Below, piece by piece: positions 10,749-19,466 of a stretch of 34,029 nucleotides of DNA (positions are counted from its first letter, which is position 1; each line of letters opens with the position of its first letter). This DNA comes from a virus. Its lineage: Duplodnaviria; Heunggongvirae; Uroviricota; Caudoviricetes. The translations under genes were made by a program, and so were the position numbers. The stretch lies in IMG/VR virus record IMGVR_UViG_649989947_000025. One strand, 5' to 3'. The notes beneath the pieces are model-generated. The model saw only the letters and a program-made list of their open reading frames with translations. It had not been told where the DNA came from and ran no database searches.

Positions 10749-11147
10749 TTATCTCTGCATTTTCATAAACGTACGTTTAGCATAACGTATCTGTGGCCCC
10801 TTACGGCTGACGCGATCACGCAAGCCGTAATGGTGAACACGGGCAATGCGCTGTACCTTACCTTCAAACTGCACGCTGGCAGAGTCGGCGCTGGCGGCAG
10901 TTTTCAGGTATTTTGTGGTGCGAAGTTTTGTAAACATCTGCCGTTTGATACGGCCTTTTTTACTGCGTGCTGTTACTCGCCTCGGTTCATAGCTGCTGCC
11001 ATCAGGATTGCGTTGCATCCTGATGTTCTGCTGCTGTGTCCGGCGCAGTTCCTGCGCCAGCTGGCGCATCATGCGGCTTCTTGCGGCTGGCTCCAGATTC
11101 GCCAGCAAGGCACTCAGCCAGTCGTCCACCTTCTGCAGTTCAGCCAC
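10749..11147 (-). CDS. S: tail completion / virion morphogenesis protein gpS
   Basis: 132 aa, follows R as in P2. Confidence 0.7.
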   Translation of the reverse strand: MAELQKVDDWLSALLANLEPAARSRMMRQLAQELRRTQQQNIRMQRNPDGSSYEPRRVTARSKKGRIKRQMFTKLRTTKYLKTAASADSASVQFEGKVQRIARVHHYGLRDRVSRKGPQIRYAKRTFMKMQR

Positions 11148-11592
11148 GTTTCACCGTCCACATTTCTTCAGGTTCATCAGGTTCCGCTACCGCTTCAACA
11201 CTCGACACACTGCCGTCAGTGCTGACCAGCACACGCTCCGTCAGTTGCAGGTTAAGGCTGATATCACAGACATCGTTGCGCAAAATATCCACCTCAAAGG
11301 TGAATAACTTTTCCCGTAACGCCGGGTTATTGATGGCATCGGGCTGGTTATCACGCAGCCACAGCAAAACCGGGGCCATCAGCAGATTCTGGTCGCCGCT
11401 GAAATCCTCAATCACCACGTTCAGGGTGTAGCGGTACTCCCATGACATGGAGCTGGCCCCCGTGGCAACCAGCGAACCGTTATCCACAAACAGATGCAGT
11501 TTGTCCGGGTTATTACGGACATAAGGCACTGCTTTATTAAGGGCGTGGCGCAGGGATTGTGGTTTGTTCACTGTTTCGCTCCTGACACGCAA
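11140..11592 (-). CDS. R: tail completion protein gpR
   Basis: 150 aa, size and position. Confidence 0.75.
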   Translation of the reverse strand: MRVRSETVNKPQSLRHALNKAVPYVRNNPDKLHLFVDNGSLVATGASSMSWEYRYTLNVVIEDFSGDQNLLMAPVLLWLRDNQPDAINNPALREKLFTFEVDILRNDVCDISLNLQLTERVLVSTDGSVSSVEAVAEPDEPEEMWTVKRG

Positions 11593-11824
11593 TAATCATG
11601 TCCACTTTGTCTGCACAGACCGCCCAGGCGGCCTCCGTTTCATCCAGCATTGCGTTCAGATCACCGTTAGTGCGCGGCGCTGCCTGCTCCAGCCGACACG
11701 GCGTCACTCGCGGACAACCACTGACGGTAAGCTGCACCTCCGGTGAGTGCCGGACGTTCCCGCAGCCGGATAATGTCAGCAGGCAAAGGAGTATCAGCCC
11801 AGCGGCGTAAATCCTCGTTCTCAC
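11537..11824 (-). CDS. lysC: LysC, Rz1-like outer-membrane lipoprotein spanin, nested out of frame in lysB
   Basis: signal peptide with lipobox LTLSGC, Pro-rich, embedded in the lysB 3' region. Confidence 0.7.
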   Translation of the reverse strand: MRTRIYAAGLILLCLLTLSGCGNVRHSPEVQLTVSGCPRVTPCRLEQAAPRTNGDLNAMLDETEAAWAVCADKVDMIIACQERNSEQTTIPAPRP

Positions 11825-12095
11825 GTTTCAGTTCCTCGATCCGGTGTTGTCGTTGTCTCAGCAGCGCGCTGGTCTGTTCTGCTTCGGCATAGAGCCGCGC
11901 CTGCTCCCGGTTATTGGTTTCAGTCAGAATGGACAGGCTGATAAGCTGGCTGTTGCTCTTTGCCAGTGCCTGGCTTTTGCTCTGCAGCTCGTCTGCCTGC
12001 GTGGTGATGGTCCGGCTGGCATCAGCCAGCCGCCACGTCTGCCAGCCCAGCGCCGCCAGTAATAACGTCAGCACAACCAGCAGCAACCGGTTCAT
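11667..12095 (-). CDS. lysB: LysB, Rz-like inner-membrane spanin
   Basis: N-terminal TM helix then coiled-coil, 142 aa. Confidence 0.75.
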   Translation of the reverse strand: MNRLLLVVLTLLLAALGWQTWRLADASRTITTQADELQSKSQALAKSNSQLISLSILTETNNREQARLYAEAEQTSALLRQRQHRIEELKRENEDLRRWADTPLPADIIRLRERPALTGGAAYRQWLSASDAVSAGAGSAAH

Positions 12096-12469
12096 GCTGC
12101 TACCTGTTGCGCCATCTGATTACGGGTGATCCAGAAGGCAATAACGGTCAGCAGATAAAAGACCAGGGTAATAGCCCACCCCGTCCAGGCGAGACTGACG
12201 ACAATCAGCAATCGCATCACCCAGCTGATAAATACGTTTTCTTTTCGGGTAATTTTCTTCAGCAAAGATGCCCTCAACTCCTGCCAGAGCGGGCCATTCT
12301 TAATTAACGCAGCCAGTGCTACCGGAATTACCGCCCATGTCAGCAAACAGGCTACCCAAACGCCGGACGCTGCCAGTACCGGAAAAATCCCATGCGGATA
12401 CACCATTGCTGCGATTAACAGCGCCATCCATAACATCAGAAACAGCCCGCTGATTAATTTCTTTTTCAT
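12092..12469 (-). CDS. lysA: LysA, lysis-timing membrane protein
   Basis: multi-TM small protein; start taken at internal Met (MKKKLISGL) next to the K stop; longest ORF reaches 12541. Confidence 0.65.
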   Translation of the reverse strand: MKKKLISGLFLMLWMALLIAAMVYPHGIFPVLAASGVWVACLLTWAVIPVALAALIKNGPLWQELRASLLKKITRKENVFISWVMRLLIVVSLAWTGWAITLVFYLLTVIAFWITRNQMAQQVAA

Positions 12470-12470
12470 T

Positions 12471-12983
12471 TCAGTTTGCTCCCTGTAAGCACCAGGCCAT
12501 CTCCCGCGCACGGCGGTTATCCAGCCCCTGATTAAAAACACCTTTTACATAAACCCAGCGCGGCAACTGTCGGCACGCATCCGCCCAGCGCCGCTGATTG
12601 AGCAATTTCACCAGCGTGGAACTGCAGGCATTGCCCGTCCCCACGTTGAAGGCAAACGACACCGTAGCGTCATACACCTTCTGCGGCGGCTGTTGCTTCA
12701 CACACCTTTCCAGTGCCCGCTCCACACGCAGCACGTTAGAGATCAGCCCTTCCGCTGCCTGTCGTTCCGTAATGGTTTTGCCCGGAATGACGCCCGACGT
12801 ATTACCAATGCCGTCGGTCCAGACACCCGCGCTGCACTGATACGGCTGCAGACGACAGCCTTCGTAATCGGCAATCAGTTTCAGCCCCTCCACGGAGGTG
12901 TGAAGCTGCTGAAAACCCGGCAGCGTGGCAGCAATAGCCAGCACGGCCCCGACAAGGCAGCGTTTAACGATTGATGGATTCAT
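12471..12983 (-). CDS. K: endolysin gpK (lysozyme-like), with N-terminal Gly/Ala-rich hydrophobic segment
   Basis: 170 aa, follows holin. Confidence 0.8.
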   Translation of the reverse strand: MNPSIVKRCLVGAVLAIAATLPGFQQLHTSVEGLKLIADYEGCRLQPYQCSAGVWTDGIGNTSGVIPGKTITERQAAEGLISNVLRVERALERCVKQQPPQKVYDATVSFAFNVGTGNACSSTLVKLLNQRRWADACRQLPRWVYVKGVFNQGLDNRRAREMAWCLQGAN

Positions 12984-13179
12984 AGTCCTCCCGCGAGATC
13001 TGCCCGTCGCGCAGAAGCTGGTAGGCTTTGTGTTTGTAGTACCAGTTGATAGCCAGCATCAGCACACCGATCATCAGGCCGCCCAGCGTTGAGGCATCCT
13101 TGATGGACAAATCGCCCAGCCAGGCCAGCACGACGGCGATGCAATACGTGATAAAGGCGCTGATTCGCTCAAGCGTCAT
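12964..13179 (-). CDS. Y: holin gpY
   Basis: 71 aa with two hydrophobic helices and charged C-terminus. Confidence 0.7.
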   Translation of the reverse strand: MTLERISAFITYCIAVVLAWLGDLSIKDASTLGGLMIGVLMLAINWYYKHKAYQLLRDGQISREDYESINR

Positions 13180-13182
13180 AAT

Positions 13183-13386
13183 TCAGTCCCATAGCTGGAC
13201 GGTCTGCACGGTGGTGGTTGTCGGAATGTCCGGCAGCTCCACCTGCAGCCCGTGAGGTAAAAAGGGGCCGTATTCGGCAAGCCCCGGATTTGCCTTCAGT
13301 ACCTGCTCCGTGACACCCTGCGTGCGCCCGTAATGACGCCAGCAAAGTGCGTCCACCGTGTCATACTGATGCGCACGCACTTTCAT
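13183..13386 (-). CDS. X: tail protein gpX
   Basis: 67 aa, same size as P2 gpX, between L and Y. Confidence 0.7.
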   Translation of the reverse strand: MKVRAHQYDTVDALCWRHYGRTQGVTEQVLKANPGLAEYGPFLPHGLQVELPDIPTTTTVQTVQLWD

Positions 13387-13913
13387 CAGATAAGCTCCAC
13401 TGTGCAGTGCGGCGCATCCTGCACCCGGCTGATGGCCCAGCGGGCGTCACGCCATAAATCACCGCTGGCTTCCGCCAGTTCCTCGCCTCGCTTCGCACCG
13501 GATGCCGTGGCGTCATAGTCCTGGTAACGTTCGTTGAGCATGGCGCGTGCCCAGCAGTAAACCGCGTTGAAATAGTGCTGAATGCGCTCGCTTTTGCCGT
13601 CCAGTTGTTCCGCCAGGACTTCTGCCAGCGAGGCATACCCCAGCATCTGCTGGCGTCTGCGAAACTCATACAGCTCTGCGTTGACCTCCGAAATTGCCGA
13701 CAGCGCAACCTGCTTTAAACGCGGCTGCGTCACCGTGCCGTCAGTGCGCATGACACTGCGAAACTCCGACAGGTCCACATCAGGCCAGAACGGCGTATTT
13801 CTGATGATTTCCGCCTGTTCCGGTGCCTGTTCTGGCGCAACAAACTTCATGCTGCTTTCTCCTGAAATAAAGGGCGGTGGACGGGGTTTTGATGTGGCAG
13901 TGCCTTTCGCCAC
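13386..13913 (-). CDS. L: head completion protein gpL
   Basis: 175 aa, size and position. Confidence 0.8.
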   Translation of the reverse strand: MAKGTATSKPRPPPFISGESSMKFVAPEQAPEQAEIIRNTPFWPDVDLSEFRSVMRTDGTVTQPRLKQVALSAISEVNAELYEFRRRQQMLGYASLAEVLAEQLDGKSERIQHYFNAVYCWARAMLNERYQDYDATASGAKRGEELAEASGDLWRDARWAISRVQDAPHCTVELI

Positions 13914-13945
13914 CCCGTGCCGCCCGTGCGCGGGGGCACGTTCTG

Positions 13946-14596
13946 TCAGCGGCTGTCATTGCGCAGTCTGCGCTCCAGCTGCTGTTTGTCTTTTTTCACG
14001 CCACAGCGGGGATCGAGCTGTAACGCATGGTTGAGATGATTAAGGGCGGAAGCCGGATTGCTTTCACTCAGGACAGCGCCAATCGCTTTATGCAGACGCG
14101 CCCGTGACTGGTCCGGCATATCCAGACCGTCTGTCAGCTCCAGCGTCTGCAGCAACAGATCGGCATCAAAGCCGGTGGCGGCAAGCATTGCGCTCTGCGC
14201 TGCATCTGCCATTTCCTCTGCCAGCACGGTCTGCACGTTGCGGTTACCCAGCGGCATCACCCAGCCATGACGCAGGGCATGACGCCCGATCTCCAGCGCC
14301 CCGGCATAATCTCCGGCATCAATGCGCCACAGCATCACGTACATCAGCACGTCATCCTGTTGAGCGCCTCCGGCAGCCAGGACGCCCTCCGCCCAGGCGG
14401 CATATTTCGGCAGCAGCTCCACCTTTATTTCCGCTTTTTTCACCGTGGACTGAACGCCCTTGAGACGGCGGCGGTCTTCCGCCAGTTGCAGCAGCATCAG
14501 GTCATAGCCCGACGCGTGGCGAACACTGCCGCCCTCACGAGCGGCCTGTTCAGCCTGAACGCGCAGGCGATGCTGCCGTGCGGGACTCAGGCTCAT
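13946..14596 (-). CDS. M: terminase small (endonuclease) subunit gpM
   Basis: 216 aa, between N and L. Confidence 0.75.
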   Translation of the reverse strand: MSLSPARQHRLRVQAEQAAREGGSVRHASGYDLMLLQLAEDRRRLKGVQSTVKKAEIKVELLPKYAAWAEGVLAAGGAQQDDVLMYVMLWRIDAGDYAGALEIGRHALRHGWVMPLGNRNVQTVLAEEMADAAQSAMLAATGFDADLLLQTLELTDGLDMPDQSRARLHKAIGAVLSESNPASALNHLNHALQLDPRCGVKKDKQQLERRLRNDSR

Positions 14597-14599
14597 GAA

Positions 14600-15658
14600 T
14601 TACGCTCCGGTTTCTGCTGCGGCGGCGCTGAAGTCGCCAATCTGGATGTTTTCCACCAGTGCGGCGCAGCGGTAGTCCTCAACCACGTAGGCTTCGTTAA
14701 CGGATTCAAAATTTTCAATCCGGTCACGTTTCGGGTTGTCGATAACTGAACGGCGGCGGGTGTCTTCCTGCCAGTAGATGGACAGGTTATCCAGACGGGT
14801 GATCAGCAGCGCATTCGGCGGGAAGAACGGCGCACGCACGGCCTGCAGACCGCCCATGCGTTTCTGACTGATAATCATATCGGCAGCCAGTTTTTCACTG
14901 TTTTCCTGCTCTTTGTTGACCAGCGGGAAATACTTGTCAGACAGCAGTTCACGACCGCAAATCACCACCAGATCGTCATCGTCCTGGTAGACCACGTCGA
15001 TAAGCTCATTGACCGCATCCATCACCACAGCGTCCAGGTTGGCATATTCGCCACCTTTCCCGACTTTCACCGCACCCGGTGTGGTTTCGCCGCCCGTGGT
15101 GGTGCTGCCCATGACGTGATCCGGTGAATCCTCACGGATTTTCTGCAGCCAGCCTTTGTTCACATCCTGCAGCAGCGGGTTTTCACTACGGTTGGAGGTT
15201 TTCGCACGCTTCACGCCGTTAAAGCCGATCATGATGCGGTCCAGTGCCTGACGTTTCACGATGGCGTCACGGATACGCACCTGGAAATCCTGAAACTTCG
15301 CCCACAGGTCCAGCTTCGCGTAGGTCAGCACCGTGTCAAAGTTGGTCTGCTCGCATTTGTATTCCACATCGACCATCAGCGTCGGATCGACAGGCTCACG
15401 CTCTTTTGCGGTGGTATCAGTGGTTCCGGCAATGGTGCTGCCAACACCCAGCCCCAGCAACTGACCAGACTGCTCAGTCACTGGCGTGACGTTAATCAGC
15501 GTCAGGAATGCGGCGGATTGCTGGATCTGGTCTTCCAGCGTCTGCTGCACGGACGGCTCCACGGTGAACTTGCTGGACAGTTCTTCAACTGCCACACCGT
15601 TCAGACGCGCCAGCTGCTGCAGGTAAGCGTTAAAAGCAAAGCGGGTATTCTTCTTCAT
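14600..15658 (-). CDS. N: major capsid protein gpN
   Basis: 352 aa, size and position. Confidence 0.85.
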   Translation of the reverse strand: MKKNTRFAFNAYLQQLARLNGVAVEELSSKFTVEPSVQQTLEDQIQQSAAFLTLINVTPVTEQSGQLLGLGVGSTIAGTTDTTAKEREPVDPTLMVDVEYKCEQTNFDTVLTYAKLDLWAKFQDFQVRIRDAIVKRQALDRIMIGFNGVKRAKTSNRSENPLLQDVNKGWLQKIREDSPDHVMGSTTTGGETTPGAVKVGKGGEYANLDAVVMDAVNELIDVVYQDDDDLVVICGRELLSDKYFPLVNKEQENSEKLAADMIISQKRMGGLQAVRAPFFPPNALLITRLDNLSIYWQEDTRRRSVIDNPKRDRIENFESVNEAYVVEDYRCAALVENIQIGDFSAAAAETGA

Positions 15659-15674
15659 CAGGTTTTGTGCTCCA

Positions 15675-16508
15675 TCAGCAATTGGTCAGAGTGTCAGCGG
15701 GGGCGTTACCGCCTGTTGCACGCTGGCGGTAGTCCTGGCGGCTGTCTTCATGGCTCAGCTTGTCCACCAGTTCGTTAAAGGCGGTCAGCTGTGCCTGCAG
15801 GGCAGTCTCCAGCTCAGACAGGCGTTCTTCCTGCTCAGACAGGGATTTTTCGGTGCGCGCACTCAGGTTCTGCTGCTCAGTGGCGACCAGTTCCACGGCC
15901 TTATGCACATCAGAGAACCGGGCGTCATCGGACTGCTCTTTTTTGGTGAACAGCGCCGTGACACGGGCAAACAGGGACGGTTTGTCCTCCTGGATTTCTT
16001 CCAGTTCGATCACCGTTTCCTCTGCAGCGGTAAAGAGATTGGCAGGATTCTGCTTGCGGTTTGCCAGCGGGTTATGGGCTGCACTGGCGCTGAATGTCAG
16101 CATTTCAGTGCCCAGACTGGCAGGGTCATCAGTGGCAGCCAGGCCGACCAGGTAGGCTTTGCCCGTATCAGCGAACTTCGGGCTGACTTCCATAGAGGTG
16201 AATAATTTCTGGCCTTTTTTCACCAGCTCCACCAGGGACTCCGTTGGCTCAACGTCGGCATACAGCGCCATCTTGCCTGCCAGCGGACCTTCCGTGATTT
16301 CTTCAGCAAACAGCGCCGTCACCTTGCCGTAGCGGTTAAAGGTGCTGTCCGGCAGATAAGACTTGATGTGCTCAAGGTTAATCAGCGCGGTATACACCGC
16401 CGGGTTGTAGCTGGCTGCCATCTGTTCCAGCCATTCACGCTGGATTTCGCGTCCATCGGTGGTGGCACCTTCCACCCCGATGCGAAAACGCTTTGCTTTC
16501 ACTGTCAT
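15675..16508 (-). CDS. O: capsid scaffolding protein gpO
   Basis: 277 aa, acidic coiled-coil C-terminal half, divergent from P. Confidence 0.85.
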   Translation of the reverse strand: MTVKAKRFRIGVEGATTDGREIQREWLEQMAASYNPAVYTALINLEHIKSYLPDSTFNRYGKVTALFAEEITEGPLAGKMALYADVEPTESLVELVKKGQKLFTSMEVSPKFADTGKAYLVGLAATDDPASLGTEMLTFSASAAHNPLANRKQNPANLFTAAEETVIELEEIQEDKPSLFARVTALFTKKEQSDDARFSDVHKAVELVATEQQNLSARTEKSLSEQEERLSELETALQAQLTAFNELVDKLSHEDSRQDYRQRATGGNAPADTLTNC

Positions 16509-16586
16509 GAGCCGTGCTCCGTTAGAAAAAACTTACTGGAGCCTTATGGTTGCGGTGATGGAGGCAGTGAAACAATGCGCGGTATT

Positions 16587-16604
16587 TGTACCGACAACCA
16601 CACA
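16587..16604 (+). promoter_or_regulatory. candidate late-promoter activator site (TGT-N12-ACA) in the O/P divergent intergenic region
   Basis: TGTACCGACAACCACACA about 50-65 nt upstream of the P start. Confidence 0.45.
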
Positions 16605-16650
16605 AACCGCAGGCGGGGAAAGCCTTCATTCAAGGCTGTAGGTTTGTGCC

Positions 16651-18417
16651 ATGAACACCACACTGACACCCGCAGATCTCGATCCCCGTCGGCAGGCCAT
16701 GCTGCTGTACTTTCAGGGATACCGCGTCGCCCGCATTGCTGAAATGCTGGGCGAGAAAGTTGCAACCGTTCACAGCTGGAAAAAACGCGACAAGTGGGGT
16801 GACTATGGGCCGCTGGATCAGATGCAGCTCACCACCGCCGCACGCTACTGTCAGCTCATTATGAAGGAGCACAAAGAAGGGAAAGATTTCAAAGAGATTG
16901 ACCTGCTGGCGCGCCAGTCGGAGCGCCATGCGCGGATCGGCAAGTTTAACAATGGCGGCAACGAAGCCGACTTAAACCCTAACGTCGCCAACCGCAACAA
17001 AGGCCCGCGCCGTCAGCCGGAAAAGAACGTTTTCACCGATGAACAGATTGAGAAGCTGGAAGAAATCTTCCATTCCTCCATGTTCAACTACCAGCGCCAC
17101 TGGTGGGAAGCCGGAAAAACCAACCGCATCCGCAACCTGCTGAAGTCACGCCAGATCGGCGCGACCTTCTATTTTGCCCGTGAAGCCCTGATTGACGCCC
17201 TGCTAACCGGGCGTAACCAGATTTTCCTTTCCGCCAGCAAGGCTCAGGCCCACGTCTTTAAGCAGTACATCATCGACTTCGCCAAAGAAGTGGAGGTGGA
17301 GCTGAAAGGCGATCCGATGGTGCTTCCTAACGGGGCCACACTGTACTTCCTCGGCACCAATGCCCGCACGGCCCAGAGTTACCACGGCAACCTGTATCTG
17401 GATGAATATTTCTGGATACCGAAATTCCAGGAGCTGCGCAAAGTGGCTTCCGGTATGGCTATTCACAAAAAATGGCGACAAACCTATTTTTCCACGCCAT
17501 CCAGCCTGACACACAGTGCTTATCCGTTCTGGTCCGGTGCGCTGTTTAACCGTGGGCGCAACAAAGCCGATAAGGTGGACATCGACCTGTCCCACAACAA
17601 TCTGGCCCCCGGCCTGCTGTGCGCAGACGGGCAATACCGCCAGATAGTCACCGTGGAAGATGCGGTGCGCGGCGGCTGTAACCTGTTCGACCTCGACCAG
17701 CTACGCATGGAGTACAGCCCGGACGAATACCAGAACCTGCTGATGTGCGAGTTCGTGGACGATCTCGCGTCCGTGTTCCCGCTCAGCGAACTGCAGGCGT
17801 GCATGGTGGACAGTTGGGAAGTCTGGACCGACTTTCATGCACTGGCCCTGCGCCCGTTTGGCTGGCGCGAGGTGTGGATCGGTTATGACCCGGCAAAAGG
17901 TACGCAGAACGGCGACAGCGCCGGATGCGTGGTGGTGGCACCGCCAGCCGTGCCAGGCGGTAAGTTTCGCATTCTTGAGCGTCACCAGTGGCGCGGGATG
18001 GACTTCCGCGCCCAGGCTGATGCAATCAAAAAACTGACCGAGCAGTACAACGTGACCTATATCGGCATCGACTCGACAGGCGTCGGTCACGGGGTTTATG
18101 AGAACGTGAAAGCGTTCTTTCCTGCCGTCCGGGAGTTTGTCTACAACCCCAACGTTAAAAACGCTCTGGTACTCAAGGCCTACGACATTATCAGCCACCG
18201 CCGTCTGGAGTTTGACGCCGGACACACCGACATAGCGCAGTCATTTATGGCAATCCGTCGCGCCACCACCGCCAGTGGCAACCGCCCGACCTATGAAGCC
18301 AGCCGCAGCGAAGAAGCCAGCCACGCCGATCTGGCCTGGGCAACAATGCACGCACTGTTTAACGAACCACTGCAGGGCGAGTCCGCCAATACCAGTAATA
18401 TTGTGGAGATTTTTTGA
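16651..18417 (+). CDS. P: terminase large (ATPase) subunit gpP
   Basis: 588 aa, size and position. Confidence 0.85.
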   Translation: MNTTLTPADLDPRRQAMLLYFQGYRVARIAEMLGEKVATVHSWKKRDKWGDYGPLDQMQLTTAARYCQLIMKEHKEGKDFKEIDLLARQSERHARIGKFNNGGNEADLNPNVANRNKGPRRQPEKNVFTDEQIEKLEEIFHSSMFNYQRHWWEAGKTNRIRNLLKSRQIGATFYFAREALIDALLTGRNQIFLSASKAQAHVFKQYIIDFAKEVEVELKGDPMVLPNGATLYFLGTNARTAQSYHGNLYLDEYFWIPKFQELRKVASGMAIHKKWRQTYFSTPSSLTHSAYPFWSGALFNRGRNKADKVDIDLSHNNLAPGLLCADGQYRQIVTVEDAVRGGCNLFDLDQLRMEYSPDEYQNLLMCEFVDDLASVFPLSELQACMVDSWEVWTDFHALALRPFGWREVWIGYDPAKGTQNGDSAGCVVVAPPAVPGGKFRILERHQWRGMDFRAQADAIKKLTEQYNVTYIGIDSTGVGHGVYENVKAFFPAVREFVYNPNVKNALVLKAYDIISHRRLEFDAGHTDIAQSFMAIRRATTASGNRPTYEASRSEEASHADLAWATMHALFNEPLQGESANTSNIVEIF

Positions 18418-19442
18418 TGGGAAAGAGTAAAAAAAACCGCGTAGCGGCGATGAATCAGATCCAGCATAAAAGCCAGACTTCAGCCGAAGCATTCAGCTTC
18501 GGCGATCCCGTTCCTGTTCTGGACCGCCGTGAACTGCTGGACTATGTGGAATGCGTACAGACAGATCGATGGTATGAGCCGCCAGTGAGTTTTGACGGGC
18601 TGGCGCGCACCTTTCGCGCCGCCGTGCATCACAGCTCACCGATTGCGGTGAAATGCAATATTCTGACCAGTACCTACATCCCTCACCCGCTGCTCAGCCA
18701 GCAGGCTTTTTCACGTTTTGTGCAGGACTATCTGGTATTTGGTAACGCCTACCTGGAGAAACGCACGAACCGCTTCGGTGAAGTTATCGCCCTTGAGCCT
18801 GCTCTGGCAAAATACACCCGACGCGGGTTAGACCTGGATACCTACTGGTTTGTGCAATACGGTATGACAACCCAGCCGTATCAGTTCACGAAAGGCAGCA
18901 TTTTTCATCTGATGGAACCGGACATCAACCAGGAGATCTACGGCCTGCCAGGTTATCTTTCTGCCATTCCGTCAGCCCTGCTCAACGAGTCCGCCACGCT
19001 GTTCCGCCGGAAGTATTACATTAACGGCAGTCATGCAGGCTTCATCATGTACATGACCGATGCCGCGCAGAACCAGGAGGATGTGAACAACCTCCGCAAT
19101 GCGATGAAAAGCGCCAAAGGCCCTGGCAACTTCCGCAACCTGTTTATGTACTCGCCTAACGGCAAAAAGGACGGGCTTCAGATCATCCCGTTGTCAGAAG
19201 TCGCGGCGAAGGATGAATTTCTTAACATCAAGAACGTGAGTCGGGATGACATGATGGCAGCGCATCGTGTGCCGCCACAAATGATGGGGATAATGCCTAA
19301 TAATGTTGGGGGATTTGGGGATGTAGAAAAAGCTAGTAAGGTATTTGTGAAAAATGAATTATTACCATTACAAAAAAGAATGAAAGAATTTAATCATTGG
19401 AGCGGTGAAGAAATTATAAAATTCGAGAGATATCAAATTTAG
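18414..19442 (+). CDS. Q: portal protein gpQ (last ~50 codons AT-rich)
   Basis: 342 aa, ATGA overlap with the P stop; 3' end shows a composition shift. Confidence 0.85.
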   Translation: MMGKSKKNRVAAMNQIQHKSQTSAEAFSFGDPVPVLDRRELLDYVECVQTDRWYEPPVSFDGLARTFRAAVHHSSPIAVKCNILTSTYIPHPLLSQQAFSRFVQDYLVFGNAYLEKRTNRFGEVIALEPALAKYTRRGLDLDTYWFVQYGMTTQPYQFTKGSIFHLMEPDINQEIYGLPGYLSAIPSALLNESATLFRRKYYINGSHAGFIMYMTDAAQNQEDVNNLRNAMKSAKGPGNFRNLFMYSPNGKKDGLQIIPLSEVAAKDEFLNIKNVSRDDMMAAHRVPPQMMGIMPNNVGGFGDVEKASKVFVKNELLPLQKRMKEFNHWSGEEIIKFERYQI

Positions 19443-19448
19443 CAAAGT

Positions 19449-19463
19449 GCCTCTAAAAGAGGC
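19449..19463. terminator. short hairpin between convergent Q and the DprA-like gene
   Basis: gcctct-aaa-agaggc stem-loop. Confidence 0.35.
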
Positions 19464-19466
19464 GCT

